Shown in pieces: positions 18,792 to 26,236 of a stretch of 32,000 bases of DNA (positions are counted from its first letter, which is position 1; every line of letters begins with the position of its first letter). The position numbers were made by a program, and so were the translations under genes. The DNA is from Bacillus subtilis subsp. subtilis str. 168. Lineage in GTDB: Bacteria > Bacillota > Bacilli > Bacillales > Bacillaceae. The stretch lies in NCBI RefSeq assembly GCF_000009045.1, contig NC_000964.3, forward strand, positions 3,420,001-3,452,000, given 5' to 3'. The notes under the pieces are model-generated. The model saw only the letters and a list, made by a program, of their open reading frames with translations, made no database searches and was not told the DNA's origin.

Positions 18792-18852
18792 TTATTTTAA
18801 CAAGACAAGCGCTGATAAGAAAACCCCGAAAAAATGAATTCTCTCCGACAAT

Positions 18853-20961
18853 TTATTTGTTTTTGAGACGCATGACGCGCATGGCGTTCGCCACAGCAAG
18901 CAGTGTAACGCCGACATCTGAGAAAACCGCTTCCCACATGGTCGCAATTCCAAATGCACCAAGAATGAGAAAGATCGCTTTCACACCTAAAGCAAAGCCG
19001 ATGTTTTGCCACACGATTCGCCGTGTCCGTTTCGCAATCCGAATCGCTTCTGCTATTTTTGACGGCTGATCTGTCATCAGCACGATGTCTGCGGCTTCTA
19101 CCGCGGCGTCTGAGCCAAGGCCTCCCATCGCAACCCCTATATCTGCGCGTGCAAGCACCGGCGTATCATTGATGCCGTCACCGACAAAAATGAGTTTTTC
19201 ACTAGGCAAAAGCTTAGCTTCTAATGCTTCGACCTGCGCGACTTTATCTTGCGGCAGCAGCTCTGCATATACCTCACCAATCCCAAGCTGTTTTCCGACG
19301 GCTTCTCCCGTTTGTTTCGAATCACCCGTCAGCATAGCTGTCTGTTTGATCCCAAGCGACTTCAGATCAGCAACCGCCTGTGCTGCGTCTTCCTTTATCT
19401 CATCCGCTATGATGATTGCTCCGGCATAGCGTTGATCTACAGCAACGTGTACGATTGTTCCAGCATTTTCATCCGGGACATCCTCAATTTGTTCTCTTTC
19501 CATGAGCTTTTTATTCCCAGCAAGGATCTCAGTTCCATTTACCTTTGCAAAAATGCCGTGACCGGAGATTTCTTCGTATGACTCAATCTCATCGGAGGAA
19601 AGCATTTTCCCGTAAGCTTTACGCACAGATTCAGCAATCGGATGCTGTGAATGAAGCTCAGCGTATGCCGCCGCTTCAAGTAATCTATCCTTTGTAAAAC
19701 CTTCCGCGGGTTTGATTTCTGTCACTTCAAAGCTGCCTTTTGTTAGTGTTCCCGTTTTATCAAACACCGCGTATTTGACTTGATTCAAAGCTTCTAAATA
19801 ATTGCTTCCCTTTACAAGCACTCCGGCCTTTGAGGCCGCTCCGATTCCACCGAAGAAACCGAGCGGAATAGAGACAACAAGCGCACAAGGACAAGAAATC
19901 ACTAAAAAGATAAGCGCGCGGTACACCCAATCGGAAAGCGCGGCGCCAGAAAGAACAAGCGGCGGAACAAAGGCCAGCAATACCGCAATGATCACCACAG
20001 CAGGTGTATAATACTTGGCAAACTTCGTGATAAAGTTTTCTGTCCGGGCTTTACGGCTGCTCGCATTCTGAACCAAGTCTAATATTTTTGATACTGCTGA
20101 TTCCTGATAGCCCTTTGTGACTTCAATATGCAGAACGCCGTTTTGATTGATAAAGCCTGACATTACATCTTGTCCTTCCGCAGCTTTTCTCGGAACGGAC
20201 TCACCTGTTAAAGCAGATGTATCAACCATCGCTGACCCTTGCACGACCTTACCGTCCAGGGGTATGCTTTCTCCCGGATTAACCACAATGATGTCTCCTG
20301 TCTGAACGTCCTCCGACGAAACCTGTTCGATGCCGTTCTTTGTTTTGAGATTGGCGTAATCAGGCCGTATGTCCATTAACGCACTAATTGATTTTCTGGA
20401 ACGGCTGACCGCGGCTCCTTGAAAAAGCTCACCGATTTGATAAAACAGCATAACGGCGACCCCCTCAGGGTATTGCTGAATCAGAAAAGCGCCGATTGTG
20501 GCAAGAGCCATTAAGAAATGCTCATCAAACACCTGACCGCGGATGATGTTTTTGACTGCGCGGATTATAATGTCACCGCCGATAATCAAATAAGCACCGA
20601 GGAAAAGGAAAAATTCAATGGTTCCCGACTGAACCAAATATGCCGCTGCGCCGAGAATGACAGCCGCCGCCATTCTGATCAGCATATTGACCATTCGATT
20701 ACGATAGCCATCATCAGCTGATTTCTTTATATGCTTTTGGCGAACCGTTACATGCGGATCAATTGATTTCACTTTTTTCTCTACTTTATTCGTGACCCAT
20801 TGCTCTTCTTTCCCATCGGCTGAGACAGTTAAGGTGCTTGCCGCAAAATTTACCGCGCATCCGTTAATGCCTTTTATGCCTTTGACTCCATTTTCGATTT
20901 TTCGGGCACAATTGCTGCAATCCAAACCGTCCAGAACATATTCCTGTTTCACTAGTCTCAC
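18853..20961 (-). CDS. cadA: P1B-type Cd2+/Zn2+/Co2+-exporting ATPase
   Basis: 702 aa from a GTG start. It has an N-terminal HMA domain (GLDCSNCARKIE), the CPC transmembrane motif (SCPCALV), DKTGTLT phosphorylation site and GDGINDTP hinge. Confidence 0.93.
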   Translation of the reverse strand: MRLVKQEYVLDGLDCSNCARKIENGVKGIKGINGCAVNFAASTLTVSADGKEEQWVTNKVEKKVKSIDPHVTVRQKHIKKSADDGYRNRMVNMLIRMAAAVILGAAAYLVQSGTIEFFLFLGAYLIIGGDIIIRAVKNIIRGQVFDEHFLMALATIGAFLIQQYPEGVAVMLFYQIGELFQGAAVSRSRKSISALMDIRPDYANLKTKNGIEQVSSEDVQTGDIIVVNPGESIPLDGKVVQGSAMVDTSALTGESVPRKAAEGQDVMSGFINQNGVLHIEVTKGYQESAVSKILDLVQNASSRKARTENFITKFAKYYTPAVVIIAVLLAFVPPLVLSGAALSDWVYRALIFLVISCPCALVVSIPLGFFGGIGAASKAGVLVKGSNYLEALNQVKYAVFDKTGTLTKGSFEVTEIKPAEGFTKDRLLEAAAYAELHSQHPIAESVRKAYGKMLSSDEIESYEEISGHGIFAKVNGTEILAGNKKLMEREQIEDVPDENAGTIVHVAVDQRYAGAIIIADEIKEDAAQAVADLKSLGIKQTAMLTGDSKQTGEAVGKQLGIGEVYAELLPQDKVAQVEALEAKLLPSEKLIFVGDGINDTPVLARADIGVAMGGLGSDAAVEAADIVLMTDQPSKIAEAIRIAKRTRRIVWQNIGFALGVKAIFLILGAFGIATMWEAVFSDVGVTLLAVANAMRVMRLKNK

Positions 20962-21022
20962 CTTACCTTCCGATTTAGGGTTCCCTCTTCAAAGCGTATC
21001 AATGAGTATTGTATTTATTTTA

Positions 21023-21048
21023 TATATATGAGCATATACTCATATATA
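21023..21048. promoter_or_regulatory. ArsR/SmtB-type 12-2-12 inverted repeat (CzrA-type operator) in the cadA promoter region
   Basis: TATATATGAGCA-TA-TACTCATATATA is 11/12 symmetric and lies about 60-90 nt upstream of the cadA start. cadA is known to be CzrA-repressed in B. subtilis. Confidence 0.7.
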
Positions 21049-21090
21049 AGTTACACCTATTATATGTTGTTTTCCAAGAAAGTGTCAATG

Positions 21091-21120
21091 AAAAACAAAA
21101 ACCGGCATATAGCCGGTTTT
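21091..21120 (-). terminator. Terminator downstream of copA
   Basis: Minus strand shows AAAACCGGC-TATAT-GCCGGTTTT followed by TGTTTTTC, directly after the copA stop. Confidence 0.8.
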
Positions 21121-23529
21121 TCATTTTACTTTTTGCAGACGAAGAGCATTCAGAACAACGGAAACGGAGCTGAATGCCATTGCTGCTCCTGCTATCCACG
21201 GTGCTAAAAATCCAAGTGCTGCGATTGGGATGCCGAGGCTGTTATAGCCAAGCGCCCAGAATAAGTTTTGTTTAATGTTTTTCATTGTCAATCTGCTCAT
21301 GCGGATTGCGTCGGCAATGCTGTTCAGATCGCCGCGAATAAGTGTAATGTCTGCTGTTTCCATGGCAATGTCCGTGCCAGTTCCAATCGCCATGCCGATG
21401 TCAGCTGTGGCAAGCGCCGGCGCATCGTTAATTCCGTCGCCTACCATTGCTGTCTGGCGGCCTTCTTTTTGCAAGCGGGCGATTTCCGCCGCCTTTTGTT
21501 CAGGAAGAACTTCCGCAATGATATTCGCAATTCCCGCTTCCTTCGCGATGGCTTCTGCGGTTCTGCGATTGTCTCCTGTCATCATGATGACATCAAGACC
21601 CAACTCTTTCAGACGGGCAACAGCCTTCCGCGACGTATCCTTAATCGTATCTGCAACTGCTACTAGCCCCGCTGCTTCTCCATCAATGGATACAAGCATA
21701 ACTGTTTTCCCTTCGGCCTCTAGCTCTTCCATTTGGGCGAGAAGAGCCCCATGCTCAACCTGTTCGCTCTCCATTAATTTTCTTGTGCCGACGAGAATGC
21801 TTTTTCCTCCGGCTTCAGCCAAAATGCCTGCGCCGACTTTTGCTTCAAAGCGGGTAAGTTTCGGTATCTCAAGCCCTTTATCTTTCACGCCAGCAATAAT
21901 CGCTTCGCCAAGCGGATGCTCTGATCCCGTTTCCGCTGCCGCTGCAAATTGAAGCAAATCTTTTTCTTCAAAACGGCCGAATGGAATGGCATCCGTCAGA
22001 CGCGGCTTCCCGTTTGTCACGGTTCCGGTTTTATCAAGAACAATTGTATCGAGACGATGTGTTTTTTCTAAATGCTCGCCGCCTTTAAATAAAATCCCGA
22101 ATTCAGCAGCGCGTCCAGATCCAGCCATTATGCTCGTCGGAGTGGCAAGACCGAGGGCGCAAGGACAGGCAATGACAAGAACCGCAATGAACTTGCTGAT
22201 CGCTTCGGCAAAATCGCCAGGAGCCGCCCAAAGATACCAAATGAGAAAAGTGAGAACCGCAATCCCCAATACAATGGGTACAAAAATGCCTGAAATCTGG
22301 TCAGCGAGACGCTGGATCGGCGCTTTTGACCCTTGTGCTTCCTCAACAATTTTGATGATATGAGAAAGCGCAGTATCCTTTCCGACGTTGACAGCTTTAA
22401 TTTTCAGAAAGCCGTTTGCGTTAACGGTTGAACCTGTCACGCTGTCACCAGGATTTTTGTCAACAGGAAGACTTTCTCCTGTAATCATCGATTCGTCAAC
22501 CGCTGAACGGCCTTCAACCACTTCTCCGTCGACAGGAATTCGTTCGCCAGGTTTGACGTAAACAATGTCATTAACAAGCACTTCGTCGATCGGGATGATT
22601 TGCTCCTGTCCGTCTCTTACAACAGTAGCTGTTTTCGCTTGAAGCTTCATCAGCTTTTTAATCGCATCCGAGGAACGGCCTTTTGCTTTTGTTTCAAACA
22701 ACTTGCCTAATAAAATCAGCGTCAGCAAAATCGCGCTTGTTTCATAATAAAGGCCGTCTGTATGCCCGTGAGAGCCAATGCTTTGAAAAGTTAGATAAAG
22801 ACTATAAGCGTAAGCAGCCGTCGTACCGAGGGCGACCAATACATCCATATTGGCGCTTTTATTTCTAAGCGCCTTATACGCACCCACATAAAACGGCCAG
22901 CCGATCAGAAACTGGACTGGTGTCGCCAGCGCAAACTGCATCCACGGATTGAGAAATATATCCGGTACCCAAATGAATGATGTAAATGTAAAATGGCTCA
23001 CCATCGCCCAAAGCAATGGAAATGACAGGACAGCTGAAAAAATCAGTCTCGCCGTTTGCTTCCGTTCTTCTTTCTTTTTAGCAGCAGCCTCACTGTCCTG
23101 TTCACCCTTCAACTTTAGCTTATATCCAAGCTTATCTACCGCTTCTTTCAAATCGCTGACAGACGCTTCTTTTGGATTGTATTCGACCGTAACTGTTTCT
23201 AAAGCGAAGTTTACTGGTGCATTTGCGACGCCTTCTATTTTGTTAAGCCGTTTTTCAATCCGATTGGCGCAAGCCGCACAGGTCATGCCCTCAATATCGA
23301 ATTCAGCTTTTTCTGTAACGACGTGATAGCCCAGCTTCTCTATTTTTTCCTGAATCGCTGCAGTCCCTGTTTCAGCAGGATCGTAGATTACATTTGATGT
23401 TTCCGTTGCCAGATTAACATTTGCATCCGTGACACCGGGCATCCGCTTCAGGCCTTTTTCAATTCTGGCAGCACATGCCGCACAGGTCATACCAGAGACC
23501 TGCATCGCGATTTCCTTTTGTTCACTCAA
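21121..23529 (-). CDS. copA: P1B-type Cu+-exporting ATPase with two N-terminal HMA domains
   Basis: The true start is TTG 23529 (8 nt from GGAG of AAGGAG 23543-23538) or ATG 23532 (5 nt). The track's 831-aa ORF runs on through a terminator-like hairpin into copZ. It has two GMTCAAC metal-binding domains, CPC (ACPCALG), DKTGT and GDGINDAP. Confidence 0.93.
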   Translation of the reverse strand: MSEQKEIAMQVSGMTCAACAARIEKGLKRMPGVTDANVNLATETSNVIYDPAETGTAAIQEKIEKLGYHVVTEKAEFDIEGMTCAACANRIEKRLNKIEGVANAPVNFALETVTVEYNPKEASVSDLKEAVDKLGYKLKLKGEQDSEAAAKKKEERKQTARLIFSAVLSFPLLWAMVSHFTFTSFIWVPDIFLNPWMQFALATPVQFLIGWPFYVGAYKALRNKSANMDVLVALGTTAAYAYSLYLTFQSIGSHGHTDGLYYETSAILLTLILLGKLFETKAKGRSSDAIKKLMKLQAKTATVVRDGQEQIIPIDEVLVNDIVYVKPGERIPVDGEVVEGRSAVDESMITGESLPVDKNPGDSVTGSTVNANGFLKIKAVNVGKDTALSHIIKIVEEAQGSKAPIQRLADQISGIFVPIVLGIAVLTFLIWYLWAAPGDFAEAISKFIAVLVIACPCALGLATPTSIMAGSGRAAEFGILFKGGEHLEKTHRLDTIVLDKTGTVTNGKPRLTDAIPFGRFEEKDLLQFAAAAETGSEHPLGEAIIAGVKDKGLEIPKLTRFEAKVGAGILAEAGGKSILVGTRKLMESEQVEHGALLAQMEELEAEGKTVMLVSIDGEAAGLVAVADTIKDTSRKAVARLKELGLDVIMMTGDNRRTAEAIAKEAGIANIIAEVLPEQKAAEIARLQKEGRQTAMVGDGINDAPALATADIGMAIGTGTDIAMETADITLIRGDLNSIADAIRMSRLTMKNIKQNLFWALGYNSLGIPIAALGFLAPWIAGAAMAFSSVSVVLNALRLQKVK

Positions 23530-23546
23530 CATACTCACTCCTTTAT

Positions 23547-23563
23547 ATACACCTGGGGGGTAT
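23547..23563 (-). promoter_or_regulatory. Second CsoR-operator-like palindrome, immediately upstream of the copA SD
   Basis: The minus strand ATACCCCCCAGGTGTAT matches the known copZA operator ATACCCTACGGGGGTAT at 13/17 positions when read as the plus-strand complement ATACACCTGGGGGGTAT, i.e. in inverted orientation (12/17 same-strand). Half-sites are ATACCC/GTGTAT versus ATACCC/GGGTAT. It is embedded in 7-bp arms TATATAC/GTATATA. Function is untested as far as I know. Confidence 0.4.
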
Positions 23564-23566
23564 ATA

Positions 23567-23605
23567 AAAATGAAAGAAATATCGCGCCTCCCTAAAGGCG
23601 CGATA
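23567..23605 (-). terminator. Terminator-like hairpin inside the copZ-copA intergenic gap (possible partial terminator/attenuator)
   Basis: Minus strand shows TATCGCGCC-TTTAGGGA-GGCGCGATA (9-bp stem, 6 GC pairs) followed by TTTCTTTCATTTTT. It starts 8 nt after the copZ stop. Confidence 0.5.
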
Positions 23606-23612
23606 CCTTGAA

Positions 23613-23822
23613 TCACTTGGCTACGTCATAGCCCTGATCTTCTATCGCATCCGCAATATCTTTGACTGATACTTTGTCAGCATCAAACGAAACATCGACT
23701 TTACCCGCTTCCAGATTGACATGAACGGCACTGACGCCGTCCAGTTCTCCTACGCTTGTTTCTACTGCTTTGACGCAGTGCTGACAAGACATTCCTTCAA
23801 CTTGCAATGTTTTTTGTTCCAT
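23613..23822 (-). CDS. copZ: Copper chaperone (HMA/Atx1-like)
   Basis: 69 aa with the MSCQHC metal-binding motif. AGGAGG SD lies 7 nt before the ATG. Confidence 0.95.
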
Positions 23823-23854
23823 ATCAATTCCTCCTGTTTATTCTTTCTATTTTC

Positions 23855-23884
23855 ATCCTACCATACCCCCGTAGGGTATTACAA
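23855..23884 (-). promoter_or_regulatory. copZA promoter with overlapping CsoR operator
   Basis: Minus strand shows TTGTAA-N18-TAGGAT. The spacer contains ATACCCTACGGGGGTAT (23879-23863), the GC-tract pseudo-palindrome I recall as the CsoR binding site. Confidence 0.85.
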
Positions 23885-23895
23885 TAAAAAACGCT

Positions 23896-24201
23896 TTATG
23901 ATTTTGTGAACTTTTTAAATACGTCCAAAAGCTCAGAAATGGCCTGTTCCCCGTCTCCGCTTTTGATGGCATCTGCTACACAATGATGGGCATGATCCTC
24001 AAGCAAATGAAGCGCCACATTTTTCATTGCCGCCTGAACAGCTGAAATTTGCACAAGAATATCTACACAATATCTGTCGTTTTCCACCATGTTTTGAATG
24101 CCTCTGACCTGGCCCTCAATCCGCTTAAGCCGGTTTGTAATCTGATCCTTTTCTTTCGAGCTTTTATGGTTTAATGTTTTATGTTCGTTATGCTTTTCCA
24201 T
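23896..24201 (-). CDS. csoR: Copper-sensing repressor CsoR (DUF156 family)
   Basis: 101 aa, an all-helical protein with the C-H-C Cu(I) ligand pattern (RYCVDIL ... HHC). It lies directly upstream of copZA. Confidence 0.93.
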   Translation of the reverse strand: MEKHNEHKTLNHKSSKEKDQITNRLKRIEGQVRGIQNMVENDRYCVDILVQISAVQAAMKNVALHLLEDHAHHCVADAIKSGDGEQAISELLDVFKKFTKS

Positions 24202-24233
24202 GCGTACACCTCTGTTTAATGATATTAATTCCC

Positions 24234-24262
24234 ATTATACTGATTGTCCAAACGGTTGTCTA
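24234..24262 (-). promoter_or_regulatory. Candidate sigma-A promoter of csoR
   Basis: Minus strand shows TAGACA-N17-TATAAT, about 30 nt upstream of the csoR ATG. Confidence 0.5.
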
Positions 24263-24328
24263 AGCATGCCGACGCAAAAAATGAATCAGTTAGGTTTTAC
24301 CATTTGATCAGGAGGGTATATACTTCTG

Positions 24329-25405
24329 TTGATAACGCTTTTAAAGGGGAGAAGAAAAGTGGATACGATCAAGGTTGGAATATTAGGATACGGATTGTCC
24401 GGTTCTGTTTTTCACGGGCCGCTGCTGGATGTTCTGGATGAATATCAAATCAGCAAAATCATGACATCACGGACAGAAGAAGTGAAACGGGATTTTCCAG
24501 ATGCTGAGGTTGTACATGAGCTTGAAGAAATCACAAATGACCCTGCCATTGAGCTTGTCATTGTCACCACCCCGAGCGGCCTTCATTACGAGCATACTAT
24601 GGCATGCATACAGGCCGGAAAACATGTTGTGATGGAAAAACCAATGACAGCAACGGCCGAAGAGGGGGAAACATTAAAAAGGGCTGCCGATGAAAAAGGC
24701 GTATTATTAAGCGTATATCATAACCGACGCTGGGATAACGATTTTTTAACGATTAAAAAGCTGATCTCTGAGGGATCCCTTGAAGATATCAATACATATC
24801 AAGTTTCCTATAACCGCTACAGACCTGAAGTTCAAGCGCGGTGGCGGGAAAAAGAAGGCACTGCCACTGGTACGCTGTATGATCTCGGCTCCCACATCAT
24901 AGACCAAACCCTGCATTTGTTTGGGATGCCTAAAGCCGTGACTGCAAACGTGATGGCCCAGCGGGAAAATGCCGAAACGGTTGACTATTTTCATTTAACC
25001 CTGGATTATGGCAAGCTTCAAGCCATTCTATACGGAGGATCAATCGTTCCGGCAAACGGACCTCGTTATCAAATCCATGGAAAAGATTCTAGCTTTATCA
25101 AATATGGAATTGACGGACAGGAAGACGCACTCAGAGCGGGAAGAAAACCAGAGGATGACAGCTGGGGTGCGGATGTTCCGGAGTTTTACGGAAAGCTTAC
25201 AACCATTCGTGGCTCCGACAAAAAAACAGAAACGATTCCATCAGTAAATGGCTCCTACCTTACTTATTACCGTAAAATAGCGGAAAGCATACGAGAAGGT
25301 GCTGCGCTGCCAGTCACTGCTGAGGAAGGTATTAATGTCATCCGCATCATTGAAGCCGCGATGGAAAGCAGTAAAGAGAAACGAACCATTATGCTGGAGC
25401 ACTAA
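24329..25405 (+). CDS. yvaA: Gfo/Idh/MocA-family NAD(P)-dependent oxidoreductase
   Basis: Rossmann N-terminus (KVGILGYGLSG) and a GFO_IDH_MocA C-terminal domain. TTG 24329 gives 358 aa but is 13 nt from AGGAGG. In-frame GTG 24359 has GGGGAG 7 nt upstream, so the start is uncertain by 30 nt. Confidence 0.85.
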   Translation: MITLLKGRRKVDTIKVGILGYGLSGSVFHGPLLDVLDEYQISKIMTSRTEEVKRDFPDAEVVHELEEITNDPAIELVIVTTPSGLHYEHTMACIQAGKHVVMEKPMTATAEEGETLKRAADEKGVLLSVYHNRRWDNDFLTIKKLISEGSLEDINTYQVSYNRYRPEVQARWREKEGTATGTLYDLGSHIIDQTLHLFGMPKAVTANVMAQRENAETVDYFHLTLDYGKLQAILYGGSIVPANGPRYQIHGKDSSFIKYGIDGQEDALRAGRKPEDDSWGADVPEFYGKLTTIRGSDKKTETIPSVNGSYLTYYRKIAESIREGAALPVTAEEGINVIRIIEAAMESSKEKRTIMLEH

Positions 25406-25440
25406 AACAAAAGCCTCCCCAAATAAGGGGAGGCTTTTTC
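25405..25440. terminator. Bidirectional terminator between yvaA and convergent azoR2
   Basis: AAAACAA-AAGCCTCCCC-AAATAA-GGGGAGGCTT-TTTC: a 10-bp perfect stem. Confidence 0.9.
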
Positions 25441-25441
25441 A

Positions 25442-26077
25442 TTAGAATGTTTTTCCTGCTTCTTTCGCACGCGCAATCGCGTCTTCTTTGATTTGCTGTG
25501 CTTTATCAGGCTCCGCATTATGTCCCTCTACGAAAATGCCATCGAATGATGGTACGCCGAAGAAGTTCATCATGATGCCGATGTAGCGGTGCCCCATTTC
25601 CATCTCAGCCGCAGGGCCTTCTGAATAGTAGCCGCCGCGCGCTTGGATATGAATTGCTTTTTTATCAGTTAACAAGCCGACAGGACCTTGTTCTGTGTAT
25701 TTGAATGATTTTCCTGCAACAGCAACAGAATCGAGATACGCTTTCATCACTGGCGGGAATGAGAAGTTCCATAAAGGAGTAACAAATACGTACTTATCAG
25801 CTGATGCAAATTGATCGCTAAGCTCTCCCAAACGGCCTACTTTCGCTTTTTCGCTTTCAGAAAGCTCTTCAAAGCCTGTACCTGACTGAAGCTTTCCCCA
25901 TCCGCTAAATACATCTGCGTCAATGTGCGGAATGTTTTCTTTGTACAAATCGATATGTACAACTTCATCATTTGGATTCGCTTCTTTGTAAGATTCGATA
26001 AATGCTTTACCTGTTGCCATACTGTACGAAGTTGCTTCGTCATGTGGATGAGCAGTGATATATAATACTTTTGCCAT
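25442..26077 (-). CDS. azoR2: FMN-dependent NADH-azoreductase 2 (quinone/azo reductase)
   Basis: 211 aa, flavodoxin-like fold of the AzoR/AcpD family ([10 protein letters not shown] ..., PLWNFSFPP). It matches remembered YvaB. Confidence 0.92.
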   Translation of the reverse strand: MAKVLYITAHPHDEATSYSMATGKAFIESYKEANPNDEVVHIDLYKENIPHIDADVFSGWGKLQSGTGFEELSESEKAKVGRLGELSDQFASADKYVFVTPLWNFSFPPVMKAYLDSVAVAGKSFKYTEQGPVGLLTDKKAIHIQARGGYYSEGPAAEMEMGHRYIGIMMNFFGVPSFDGIFVEGHNAEPDKAQQIKEDAIARAKEAGKTF

Positions 26078-26163
26078 TTTTACCAGCCCTTTCGTTTTTA
26101 AAAATCACACATCAATTATTATCATACAGATGCATAATGATTATTCTGTCTCTCTTAGACTTT

Positions 26164-26192
26164 ATTATAGAGACAAAGAAATTTACTTTCAA
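26164..26192 (-). promoter_or_regulatory. Near-consensus sigma-A promoter of azoR2
   Basis: Minus strand shows TTGAAA-N17-TATAAT, about 85 nt upstream of the ATG. The -10/+1 region is bracketed by the inverted repeat TGTCTCT-N15-AGAGACA (26147-26175). Confidence 0.65.
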
Positions 26193-26199
26193 GTAAAAC

Positions 26200-26215
26200 A
26201 TCTCGAATTAAAGAT
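26200..26215. promoter_or_regulatory. 16-bp palindrome upstream of the azoR2 -35 (MarR/MhqR-type operator candidate)
   Basis: ATCTCGAATTAAAGAT has the form ATCT-N8-AGAT with a central AATT and is 12/16 symmetric. It lies 7 bp upstream of the -35 hexamer. azoR2 is known to belong to the MhqR regulon; whether this is the footprinted site I cannot verify. Confidence 0.4.
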
Positions 26216-26236
26216 TATTTAACTTTCCCAAACAGC

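Noticed and set aside
21275-21952. 225-aa plus-strand ORF (and neighbouring 110-132-aa ORFs) inside copA
   Set aside because: It is antisense to a well-supported P-type ATPase gene. The translation is low-complexity and rich in Ser, Ala and Pro, with no SD. This is a typical shadow ORF on the opposite strand of a codon-biased gene.
23530-23616. 28-codon N-terminal extension of the copA ORF (831-aa track entry) overlapping the copZ stop
   Set aside because: There is no SD before ATG 23616. The extension runs through the terminator-like hairpin and the AT-rich palindrome. A strong AAGGAG precedes the internal TTG/ATG that yields the canonical N-terminus with the first GMTCAAC domain.
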